Shown: positions 19,527 through 27,768 of the stretch, piece after piece
Numbering within the stretch: position 1 is the stretch's first letter
How the letters are laid out: each line of letters starts with the position of its first letter
Assembly: GCA_041640655.1 (NCBI GenBank)
Contig: JBEPZV010000005.1
Location: forward strand, 46,499-110,498
Direction: 5' to 3'
Source of the DNA: a bacterium
Lineage (GTDB): Bacteria > Acidobacteriota > Blastocatellia > HR10
DNA: 64,000 nt
Position numbers and translations under genes: made by a program
Notes under the pieces: model-generated
Seen by the model: only the letters and a program-made list of their open reading frames with translations
What the model was told of the DNA's origin: nothing
Databases searched by the model: none

Positions 19527-21802
19527 CAGAAGAGCCACTGCCAGAAGATGAAGGCCCGCCACGTCCGTTGCGTGAGCGTATCCCGCCAGTAACGCGCTTC
19601 CACACCGAGGCGCGAACGGGTCCCTATCCACGAAGCGAGCCGAGCGGCGGCTTCCTGCGCCCAGTAGCGGGCCGTGGCCTCATCCGACAGCCAAGCGTAG
19701 CCATAGCGGAGCTCGTAGGACCATCGCGGACGGGCCTCTTGCTTGAGGGCGATGTAGGGCATCACGGTCCGAATCGTCAGCGTGTTGTATCGAAGCGCAT
19801 CGCGGGCGTACCAGTCTCGAAAGTACGATGTCCCGAGTTCCACCACACGAAGAGCGCGGGGCCGGTAGCTCATCAGGGCGCGCGCGGACCATTGCCAGTT
19901 TCGATCCTGATACCAGGTGCGCGCGAGGTCGGCGCGAAGCGACCATTCCGGGTGTGGTTCCCAGCGCGCCGCGAGGAAGGCCTGATGAACGCGCAGAAAG
20001 TCCAGCGTGTTCTCCGGTTTCAAAAAACGCGCCTGGAGGGGGATCAGGCGATAGCCCACGATCGCGGCCTTCCGGGCGTCCTCATAGCGCAGGAAGGCGT
20101 GGACGGCATGCGTGCGATTCCCATCCGAGTATCGCGCGAACGCATATTCCGTTCGCGTCGAGAGCGTGGGGGAGAGGCGTCGGTCATAGGCAGCCCCTAC
20201 ACGGTTCTCGACGAAGATCCCGAATCGCACGTCGGCGGCGAAGCTCCGTCCCAGAAAAGGACCCCGACGGAAGTCAACAGCGAAGCGGTCATTCGGGGCG
20301 CTCCAAGAGAGATTCGCAGCGAGGGTGAGGAAGTCCTCCTCTGGGACCGATCCCGTCGCGTTATTTTGAAAGAGAGAGGCCCCGATCTCACCGGTGAGCG
20401 ACCAGCGCGGAGAGAGCTGGCCTTCCAGCCCGAGAGCGGGCGTCCAGATGGTGAAGTCGTAGATGTCGAAGCCGCCCGATCGGTTCACGACCTGATCCCG
20501 AGCCCCTCGGAAGCTTCCGTGAAGGGCCCACGTCTCGCCCAAGGGGTAACGCGCGCGCACCGTGGCGTGTTCGAGGCGATATCGAATGCGCGTCACCGGG
20601 ATCTCGAAGATGCGATCGGCGCGTCCCTCCAGGACGTCGGTCTCCTGGCGCTCATAGGACAGCTCGAGCGTCGGGTGAAGGAGGGGCTGCAGCCGCCAAT
20701 ATCCCGCCAGGGCAGTCTCCTCTTGGGGAGCGCGTTCGAGTGCGCGTTGGTATTCCTGCAGGGCTTCGCGCCGCTGGCCGCGTCGCTCCAGGAGTTGACC
20801 GCGAAGCGCCGCGACTTCCGGATGCGTGGGATCGAGCGCGCGCGCGCGATCGAGCCACTGTTCCGCCTGCGAGAGGTCTTCTCGCGCGAGGGCGATGCGG
20901 GCCAGGCCGAGCAGAGCTTCCACATGTCGGGGCTGCAGGCGCAGCGCTTGTCGAAAAGCGTCCTCCGCGGCGCGCAAGTCCCCTCGCCATCGGCAGAGCG
21001 TTCCGATCCAGAAGTACGCCTCCGCATCTTGTGGCTGCCGATCCGCCACCTGCCGGTAGAGTTCCAGCGCGCGCTCCACCTTCCCCGAGCGGCGATATGC
21101 GTCGGCCAGAGCGCGAAGGAGCGCCACATCCTGAGGGGCTTGAGCCGTCGCGCGCGTATAGGCCGCGATGGCGTCTCGCACGCGCCCCTGAGCCATGCGC
21201 AGATCTCCCAACCACCGATCGCGCCCGGGCACTTCCGGGTGCTCCTGGAGCCATGCTTCGGCCTCCTGAAAGCGCCGGGTGCGCAGAAGTACCGATATCC
21301 AGAGTTCGATGGCTTCCTCACTCTGAGGAGCGGCAGCCAGCGCAACGCGCACGTCGGCCTCGGCGTCTGCCCATCGCTCCATGTGAAGGAAAACACGGGC
21401 GCGTCCCAAGCGCGCATCCACATGCTGCGGGGCTTGTGCGAGCACGCGGCCATAGGCGGCCAGCGCATCCTCCACGTCCCCCTTCCATCGGTGCAGCGTA
21501 GCGATCCAGAAGGTGGCCTCCAGGTCATCGGGAACGCGAGCCAACACGGCTTGATAATGCGCGAGCGCTTCATCCCATCGTCCTTGTCGGCGAGCGACCT
21601 CCCCCAAGAGGCGCCAAACATCCGGGTCTTGCGGATACGCGGCCTTCAGCTCGTGCAAGCGTCGCGCTGCTTCCTCCAACTCCCCGCGCTCGATGAGCTG
21701 CCGGATGGGCTCCAGTGGAGCTTGCGATACCCCGTGGGCGAAGGCACCGTCACCGTTCATCGCTCGGCCTATGAGCAGAAGAATCAGCAGGACGCCACTC
21801 AT
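19526..21802 (-). CDS. TPR-repeat protein with C-terminal outer-membrane beta-barrel
   Basis: Signal peptide, about ten TPR-like repeats, then amphipathic beta-strands ending FIFWQWLF (terminal Phe). Confidence 0.8.
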   Translation of the reverse strand: MSGVLLILLLIGRAMNGDGAFAHGVSQAPLEPIRQLIERGELEEAARRLHELKAAYPQDPDVWRLLGEVARRQGRWDEALAHYQAVLARVPDDLEATFWIATLHRWKGDVEDALAAYGRVLAQAPQHVDARLGRARVFLHMERWADAEADVRVALAAAPQSEEAIELWISVLLRTRRFQEAEAWLQEHPEVPGRDRWLGDLRMAQGRVRDAIAAYTRATAQAPQDVALLRALADAYRRSGKVERALELYRQVADRQPQDAEAYFWIGTLCRWRGDLRAAEDAFRQALRLQPRHVEALLGLARIALAREDLSQAEQWLDRARALDPTHPEVAALRGQLLERRGQRREALQEYQRALERAPQEETALAGYWRLQPLLHPTLELSYERQETDVLEGRADRIFEIPVTRIRYRLEHATVRARYPLGETWALHGSFRGARDQVVNRSGGFDIYDFTIWTPALGLEGQLSPRWSLTGEIGASLFQNNATGSVPEEDFLTLAANLSWSAPNDRFAVDFRRGPFLGRSFAADVRFGIFVENRVGAAYDRRLSPTLSTRTEYAFARYSDGNRTHAVHAFLRYEDARKAAIVGYRLIPLQARFLKPENTLDFLRVHQAFLAARWEPHPEWSLRADLARTWYQDRNWQWSARALMSYRPRALRVVELGTSYFRDWYARDALRYNTLTIRTVMPYIALKQEARPRWSYELRYGYAWLSDEATARYWAQEAAARLASWIGTRSRLGVEARYWRDTLTQRTWRAFIFWQWLF

Positions 21803-24444
21803 GTCCCCTCCCTCACTAAACGAAAATCCCTCACGATGATCTCTCCCGTCCCGATGCGCTCATCCGGGTCGTCATCAATGACCAGATGAACCGTTCGGAC
21901 ATCGGCGAGGGTGAAGCCTTTGGTCTTCCACTCCGGCCGGGTGAGATCCACGCGCACCGTCTGCCAGCCCGGGGACAGCGCCCGAAGGGAGAGTCGAAAT
22001 CGGGCGTACTGCTTCGGATCGAGATTCTTCAGGTAGACGAAGAGCAGATCCGGTGCCCCTGAGGAGAAGAGGCGAAATTCCAGCCAGCGAGCCGTGGTCC
22101 AATCGGTGAGCTCAACACCGGCCAGAATCTCGCCATAGTCATTTTCGCGCGTTGTGAATCGCCAGCTCATGCGGACGCCTCCTTCGGCCGGACCGCGCAT
22201 GAGCGCGCATCCGCTGACTTCGAGATATACCTGCCACGCCAAGGGATCGTTCAATTCGGGGAAGGCGTGCGTCGGCTCCCCGTCAGGCCATGCGGCGGGC
22301 GCGCCGGAGGCTTCCGCATGAAAGCGTGGACGCAGAAGCGCCACCGTCGGCCCCCACGTCCGCACGACCTCGAAATCTTCGGGATGCGTGCGAATCCACT
22401 CGCGGACCGGGTAGGGTGCGTCGTATGTCGGCGGATCGTAGAAGAAGACATAATCCACCTTCTGCTCGGTGAGCAATCGCCGCCACTGCGCGTAGGTCGT
22501 CGCGCGCGGCAGATGGGCGAGCTTCACGAATTCCCAGGTCGGGATGTGAACGAGCCGGTTCGTATGGTCCCATCCGTAGAGCAGCGCGGCGAAATCCGGC
22601 ACAGTATATGCGATCGTGCGGTGCCGAATGTGGTCGGCGATCCAGACCAGAGCATCTATCACGGGGCCGTAATCCTGAATGAGTGGATAGTTGGCGGTTG
22701 CTTCCAGTCCACTTCGATGCGTGCGCAGAAGGCGAGGGATAGTCTGGCCGCATCCCCACGTCCTATTCTCGACCAGATGTCCACCGGTCGCCAGGACGGC
22801 GAAGAGCGCGGCCACGATCGCGAATGCGGTGACGATCGCGCGGCCGGATCGGCTGAGCTCGTTCAGGAGGGCGAGCCATCCGAGGATGGCGATGCCGCAG
22901 ACGGCCAGGATGTAGCGGGGCTCGCGATATGGGTTCAAGATCCACCAGAGCGCGGTGCTGAGCGGCAGCGTCATGAGCGTCCAGAAGAGGAGCCGGTGGC
23001 GCCGTCGCCACGCGCGCGCGAGCATCAGGAGGGTGGCGATCCCCCCCACGGCGAATTGTGGGCCGAAGCCGTTCGACCAGCCGTAATGCACGGGGACGTC
23101 CGCTTCCGGCGGATAAAATCGCGGATCGTCCACATACGCCTCGCGGAATGGGTAGAGGAACCACTGCCACCGGTGCCGGACGAATCGCCGTTCGTGCAGC
23201 TCCGAATGGTGCATGGAGACGGGGCCGTCCAGCACGACCCGCCCGCCGATCTCCACGCGCACGGGATAGACGGGATTCCCGAAAGCGATCGCGTTGCGGA
23301 TCATCCAGAATCCTCCACCCAGCAGCACGCACAGAAGCAGCGTCCCGGTTCGCGGCCACACCCAGCGCAGGTGCTCCCCGATAGGGAATTCCCAGCGGTC
23401 CACGCCGAAGAGGAAGACAGAGAGCAGCGGGAGCGAGAGGTAGAGGAACGTGAACTTGGTGCCGAGCAGCAATCCGAAGGCGAGCGCGAACAGATGCAGC
23501 TCCAGCGCGCGCCGGGTTTGGAGATGGCGGACGAGGAAGACGAGCGCCGTCAGGAAGAAGGCGGCTGCGATCACATCCACCATCGTCGTCAGGGATTGGA
23601 GCATGACCAGCGGCGTGAAGACATAGAGCGGCAGCGCCAGCGCGATCCCCTGCCGGAACCCGAATGCGTGCGCGAGACAGCGAACGGCCCATCCCCCCAT
23701 GAAGGCGAAGGGGATTTGGACGGTATTCAGATGGACGAAAATCGCCTTGTTCTCTCCGCCGAGGAGATAGATCCACAGCGTGAGCAGTTCCCCCGCCTTC
23801 GGGAAATACGGTTGAATCCACGCGAATGGGAAGGGATCGAGATTATGGTTCTGCGCGTAGGTGAGGACATCGAGCAGATGATAGTTGAGCGAATCCACAT
23901 CGTGGGGCGGCACGGCGCGTTCTATGTAGAGGATGAAGCCATACACGGCGGTCGTCAGCACGCCGAGCCCCCATCCTAGGGGTGAGGGTCGCGCGCCGAC
24001 CGAAGCGGAAGCGATATGCGCCCTCGCACGCAGCCAATAGCCGAGCCACAGGACGGCGACGACGGCCAGGTTGGTCACGATGAGCGTCGAAGCCGTCAGG
24101 TGATTGAGGACCCCCAAGGTGATTTGTGAGACGACCATTTGGAGAGAAGTGAGCAGGGCTGCCGCCAGGATCCGATAGGGACTCTCAAGGGGAAGAGCTC
24201 CAGTCCACGACCAATGCGCGGCGAATACAAGCCCCATCAGGATCCAGGGCGTCAGGAGCGGCCATTCCGATGAGGTGAGCGCCACGCGAACGAGCGCGCC
24301 CCCACTCAGCACGGTGAGGCCGAAAAGGACATCTGTAGCTCGAATGAGTGGCTCGCGCCGCCTCGCCTGCTCCGGGAGCTGTTCAGGCCTGGGAGCGCGC
24401 GCTTCTGAAGCGCTTCCACGCTGCAGCGGTCTCCCCACGCTCAT
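21799..24444 (-). CDS. GT-C fold membrane glycosyltransferase (ArnT/PMT-like) with C-terminal carbohydrate-binding-like domain
   Basis: More than ten TM helices, DVDSLNYH loop motif, GTK, RNA..FGNPVYP, EPRY; soluble beta-sandwich-like tail. Confidence 0.7.
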   Translation of the reverse strand: MSVGRPLQRGSASEARAPRPEQLPEQARRREPLIRATDVLFGLTVLSGGALVRVALTSSEWPLLTPWILMGLVFAAHWSWTGALPLESPYRILAAALLTSLQMVVSQITLGVLNHLTASTLIVTNLAVVAVLWLGYWLRARAHIASASVGARPSPLGWGLGVLTTAVYGFILYIERAVPPHDVDSLNYHLLDVLTYAQNHNLDPFPFAWIQPYFPKAGELLTLWIYLLGGENKAIFVHLNTVQIPFAFMGGWAVRCLAHAFGFRQGIALALPLYVFTPLVMLQSLTTMVDVIAAAFFLTALVFLVRHLQTRRALELHLFALAFGLLLGTKFTFLYLSLPLLSVFLFGVDRWEFPIGEHLRWVWPRTGTLLLCVLLGGGFWMIRNAIAFGNPVYPVRVEIGGRVVLDGPVSMHHSELHERRFVRHRWQWFLYPFREAYVDDPRFYPPEADVPVHYGWSNGFGPQFAVGGIATLLMLARAWRRRHRLLFWTLMTLPLSTALWWILNPYREPRYILAVCGIAILGWLALLNELSRSGRAIVTAFAIVAALFAVLATGGHLVENRTWGCGQTIPRLLRTHRSGLEATANYPLIQDYGPVIDALVWIADHIRHRTIAYTVPDFAALLYGWDHTNRLVHIPTWEFVKLAHLPRATTYAQWRRLLTEQKVDYVFFYDPPTYDAPYPVREWIRTHPEDFEVVRTWGPTVALLRPRFHAEASGAPAAWPDGEPTHAFPELNDPLAWQVYLEVSGCALMRGPAEGGVRMSWRFTTRENDYGEILAGVELTDWTTARWLEFRLFSSGAPDLLFVYLKNLDPKQYARFRLSLRALSPGWQTVRVDLTRPEWKTKGFTLADVRTVHLVIDDDPDERIGTGEIIVRDFRLVREGT

Positions 24445-24448
24445 CCCT

Positions 24449-24583
24449 TCATCCTCCCAGCCATTGGCGCAAAACTCCCACCGTATCCTTTGCCAGTGGC
24501 CAGTGCACGACGATGTACACGACGAGCGCTATACCGAGCACAAGAATGATCAGCTGTTCGCTCCATGAGGATCGCGGCCTCAT
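24449..24583 (-). CDS. Small single-TM protein (44 aa, absent from ORF track)
   Basis: MRPRSSWSEQLIILVLGIALVVYIVVHWPLAKDTVGVLRQWLGG*; ATGA overlap with HEAT gene stop; ends 4 nt before GT-C start. Confidence 0.7.
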   Translation of the reverse strand: MRPRSSWSEQLIILVLGIALVVYIVVHWPLAKDTVGVLRQWLGG

Positions 24584-27500
24584 CCCCGCGCGCTCTCCTG
24601 CAGCAGGCGGCGCACGGCGTCCTGGACCTCAGGGGCTGGGTCTCGTTCTAATGCGTGAAGCACCGTGCGGGGATCCACTGCCCACAGCGTTCGCGCCGCC
24701 TCAATCCGAAGTTGAGGATCTGGATCTCGCAGGGCTTCGAGAAGGATCTGCTGCGCTCCGCTCTCCTTCCTGTTGGCCAGCGCCATGATCGCCGCGCGTC
24801 GCACCTCGGCATCGGGATTCTTGATCGCCCGTTGGAAGATAGGGATCGCGTGCGGGGATCCGAGAAGCTCCAGCGCACGGAGCAGGCCGAGCAAGATGGG
24901 CTTCTCTTCGGCGGTGAGCGCTAACGAGATTAACGGTTGCGGGTCCTTCTGATGAATCTGTGCGAGCGCGTGGGCGATGGCGTCTCGATAGGGAGCGTCG
25001 GCGATCTTGAGGTGCTCCAGGAGCACGGGTACAGCTTTCGCCTCACCGAGGTGTCCGAGGATCTGAGCGGCCTCGGCGCGAACGCGCTGGTCGGGATCGC
25101 GCAGCGCCTTCAACGCGGCGACACTCACATCAGCGGGACGGCCGATTCGAGCGAGGACGCGCATGGCTTCCGCGCGCACCTGAGCATCGGGATCGCGGGC
25201 GAGCGTCTCCTGAACAAGCTCGAAATGCCGACCATCACCGACGGCCTCAAGGCATCGCAGAGCATACCGACGCGCCTCGCTGTCCTGGCTGTGACGGAGG
25301 GTGTGGACATAGTGTTCGATCATGCGATCAAAGTTGGGGAGTAGCAGGTCTCCCACAGCTTCCACCCGAAAGAATGTCTGGACGCGCCGGATCACCTCCT
25401 CCGATTCATGCTCCAGCACGGCTCGAACGGCTGCCGAGACGGCCGGTTCCCTGATGCGGGCGAGCGCCTGCGGCAGGCGAGCCGTGCTCGGCAGGAGGGC
25501 GAGACCGATCACAGCCCCCGCTTGTACGACGGGAGATGGGTCTTCCAAAAGCTCGGCCAACCGCTCGCTCGCGTCGGGATTGCCCAGCTTGCCCAAAGCG
25601 AGCGCCGCGCGTTGCTTGACCCGTTCGCTCGGATCCCACGTCGCCCTGAGGACCGCCGGAAGGGCTGTCGAATCGCCAATACTGGCGAGGGCATCCAGAG
25701 CTGCCATGCGCACCGATTCCGCGGGGTCGTTCAGAGCTAGGAGCAATGCCTTCACAGCTCTCGGGTCATCTCGCCGGTCCAAGGCGCGCGCGGCGGCTGC
25801 GCGAACGTGGGCGGAGGGATCATGCAGAAACGTGATGAGCGCCTCCAGGGCCGACGCTTCCGCCCGGAGGGCGAGCACGCGCACGATCCCGCGGCGCGCT
25901 GTTTCACCCTGAAGGTCGCGCAGCTCCTCAAGGAGCGTGCGCACGTCCGTCGCCAGGTGGGCGAGCGCCTCCGCCGCCGCCTCTTGCAGGGCTTCGTCGG
26001 TCGTATCCAGAAGCTTCATCACAGGCGTCAAGGGGCCCTGGTATCCCAGGGCTTTGAGACTGCGCACGGCGGCCTGGCGAACCGAAGAGTGCGGATCCCC
26101 CAGCGCCGCGAGCAGGGCCGGGATGACCGATGGGTCCTGGAAGGCGCCGAGCGACGCCGCAGCTTGAGCCCGCACATCGGCGATCGGATCGGTGAGCGCT
26201 TCCCGCAGCGGCTCGACGGCGCGCGGATCCGGGATGCGACGCAGAATGGTGGCTGCCGCTCGGCGAATGAAAGCGTTCGGATCGCGCAATAGCTCCAGGA
26301 GCTGGGGCAGGAAGGCCATCAGGTCAGCGACCTCCATGTTCTCAATCGCCTCGGTGGCCGCCTCCCGTACTACGGCTTCTTCATCCCCCAAGCCTTCGAC
26401 GAGCTGAGGGAGAGCCTCCTTCGCCCGCAGCTTCCCCAGCGCCGCGATCGCATGCGCGCGAACGGACCATTCCCGATCCCTCGCGGCTGCTCGCAACGCT
26501 TCGAGAATCCCAGGGGATCGTTCCCCGAGCTCTCCGAGGACTTGGCAGACTTGAGCGCGCACGCGGAAGTCCGGATCGTTCAAGCTGGAGATGAGGGATT
26601 CCCGAATGCCCGCCTTCCCGATCAGGACGAGTTTTCGTCGCGCGGCCGCGCGCTCGACCGCATCCTCGCTCTTGAGGCGCTCCAATTGCATCTGCACATA
26701 TCCCAAGCGTTCCAGCACGGCAGCCGTCCGGCGGCGCACATCGGGATCGTCATCGGTCAATGCTCCTTCGAGGAGCTCGCCGACCGTGGGGCCGATCATC
26801 TCCAGCGCTTCGATGGCGCGCGCGCGGACTATCGGATCGGGATCCGCGATGGCCAGCCGCAGCGATTCTAGAGCCTTCTCATCGCCGATCTTCCCCAACG
26901 CCGCCGCCGCCTCCATGCGCACCAGCGCCGAGGGATCCCGCAACGTTCGCTCCAGAAGGGGATTCACGGCCCGTTTGTCCGCGATCCGCGAGAGGGCGCG
27001 CGCGGCCGCCGCTCGCACAGATTCCGCGCGATCCCACAAGCACTGAATGAGGCCCAACACGGCCGCCCGGGATCGAAGCTGACCGAGGATGTCAGCCGCC
27101 CAGGCGCGCAGGTCATCCGAATCGGGATCTCGAAGCGCGTCAATCAGCGGAGCTTCGGCCAGCGGGCCGAACGCGATGAGCGCTTCGGCCACTCGCGGGG
27201 AGACCCATTTGTCCGGCGCTCTCAATGCCTCGATCAAGGGGGGAATCGCCCGCGGATCGCGGATCATCCCCAGCGCGCGAGCGCAGGCGAGCTTGACGTC
27301 CTCATCCTCGTACGGATCGCGCATGGCCTCGAGCAGAATCGGAACGGCGCGCGCGCTGCCGATCTCTCCCAAGCGTCGCGCGGCTCCGGCTCGAATGCTC
27401 CATCGCGATGAATGACGCACGTCGTGCAGGTACTGATCCAAAAGACCGAGGTGCTCGTAGAGTTTTTGGAACTTCGCTTGCAGGGAGACGTCCGCCAGCT

Positions 27501-27768
27501 CTATGCTCTCGTTCAGCAGCCACTCCAGGTGCTTCATCCCGAAGGTCTTCTTGAGCTGCTCGGCCAGCTCCAGCAGGGCGTCTTCGCTCATGTGATCTAA
27601 TCCGTTCAGCATGGCGTGATAGCGCCGTCGGAGCCGGGCCAAATGCCACTGCCGCCCTCGCCGCCAGGATTCGCGCACCAGGACGCTCACGATCGCCAGA
27701 ATGAGCCCTCCGGCGATCACCACGATGCTCCAGATCAACCACGTCCGCAGCGATTCCGAAGGGATCAC
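24580..27768 (-). CDS. Membrane-anchored HEAT (PBS-lyase-like) repeat protein
   Basis: N-terminal TM followed by basic patch, then more than twenty repeats of L.D.D..VR..AA.ALG.IG; GTGA overlap with kinase stop. Confidence 0.9.
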   Translation of the reverse strand: MIPSESLRTWLIWSIVVIAGGLILAIVSVLVRESWRRGRQWHLARLRRRYHAMLNGLDHMSEDALLELAEQLKKTFGMKHLEWLLNESIELADVSLQAKFQKLYEHLGLLDQYLHDVRHSSRWSIRAGAARRLGEIGSARAVPILLEAMRDPYEDEDVKLACARALGMIRDPRAIPPLIEALRAPDKWVSPRVAEALIAFGPLAEAPLIDALRDPDSDDLRAWAADILGQLRSRAAVLGLIQCLWDRAESVRAAAARALSRIADKRAVNPLLERTLRDPSALVRMEAAAALGKIGDEKALESLRLAIADPDPIVRARAIEALEMIGPTVGELLEGALTDDDPDVRRRTAAVLERLGYVQMQLERLKSEDAVERAAARRKLVLIGKAGIRESLISSLNDPDFRVRAQVCQVLGELGERSPGILEALRAAARDREWSVRAHAIAALGKLRAKEALPQLVEGLGDEEAVVREAATEAIENMEVADLMAFLPQLLELLRDPNAFIRRAAATILRRIPDPRAVEPLREALTDPIADVRAQAAASLGAFQDPSVIPALLAALGDPHSSVRQAAVRSLKALGYQGPLTPVMKLLDTTDEALQEAAAEALAHLATDVRTLLEELRDLQGETARRGIVRVLALRAEASALEALITFLHDPSAHVRAAAARALDRRDDPRAVKALLLALNDPAESVRMAALDALASIGDSTALPAVLRATWDPSERVKQRAALALGKLGNPDASERLAELLEDPSPVVQAGAVIGLALLPSTARLPQALARIREPAVSAAVRAVLEHESEEVIRRVQTFFRVEAVGDLLLPNFDRMIEHYVHTLRHSQDSEARRYALRCLEAVGDGRHFELVQETLARDPDAQVRAEAMRVLARIGRPADVSVAALKALRDPDQRVRAEAAQILGHLGEAKAVPVLLEHLKIADAPYRDAIAHALAQIHQKDPQPLISLALTAEEKPILLGLLRALELLGSPHAIPIFQRAIKNPDAEVRRAAIMALANRKESGAQQILLEALRDPDPQLRIEAARTLWAVDPRTVLHALERDPAPEVQDAVRRLLQESARG

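Noticed and set aside
19568..21889. 773-aa plus-strand ORF and similar long antisense ORFs (e.g. 2233-3840, 22267-23979, 35645-37465, 53878-55401, 56836-58464)
   Set aside because: They shadow well-supported genes on the opposite strand, have no recognisable motifs, and are expected from high-GC codon bias
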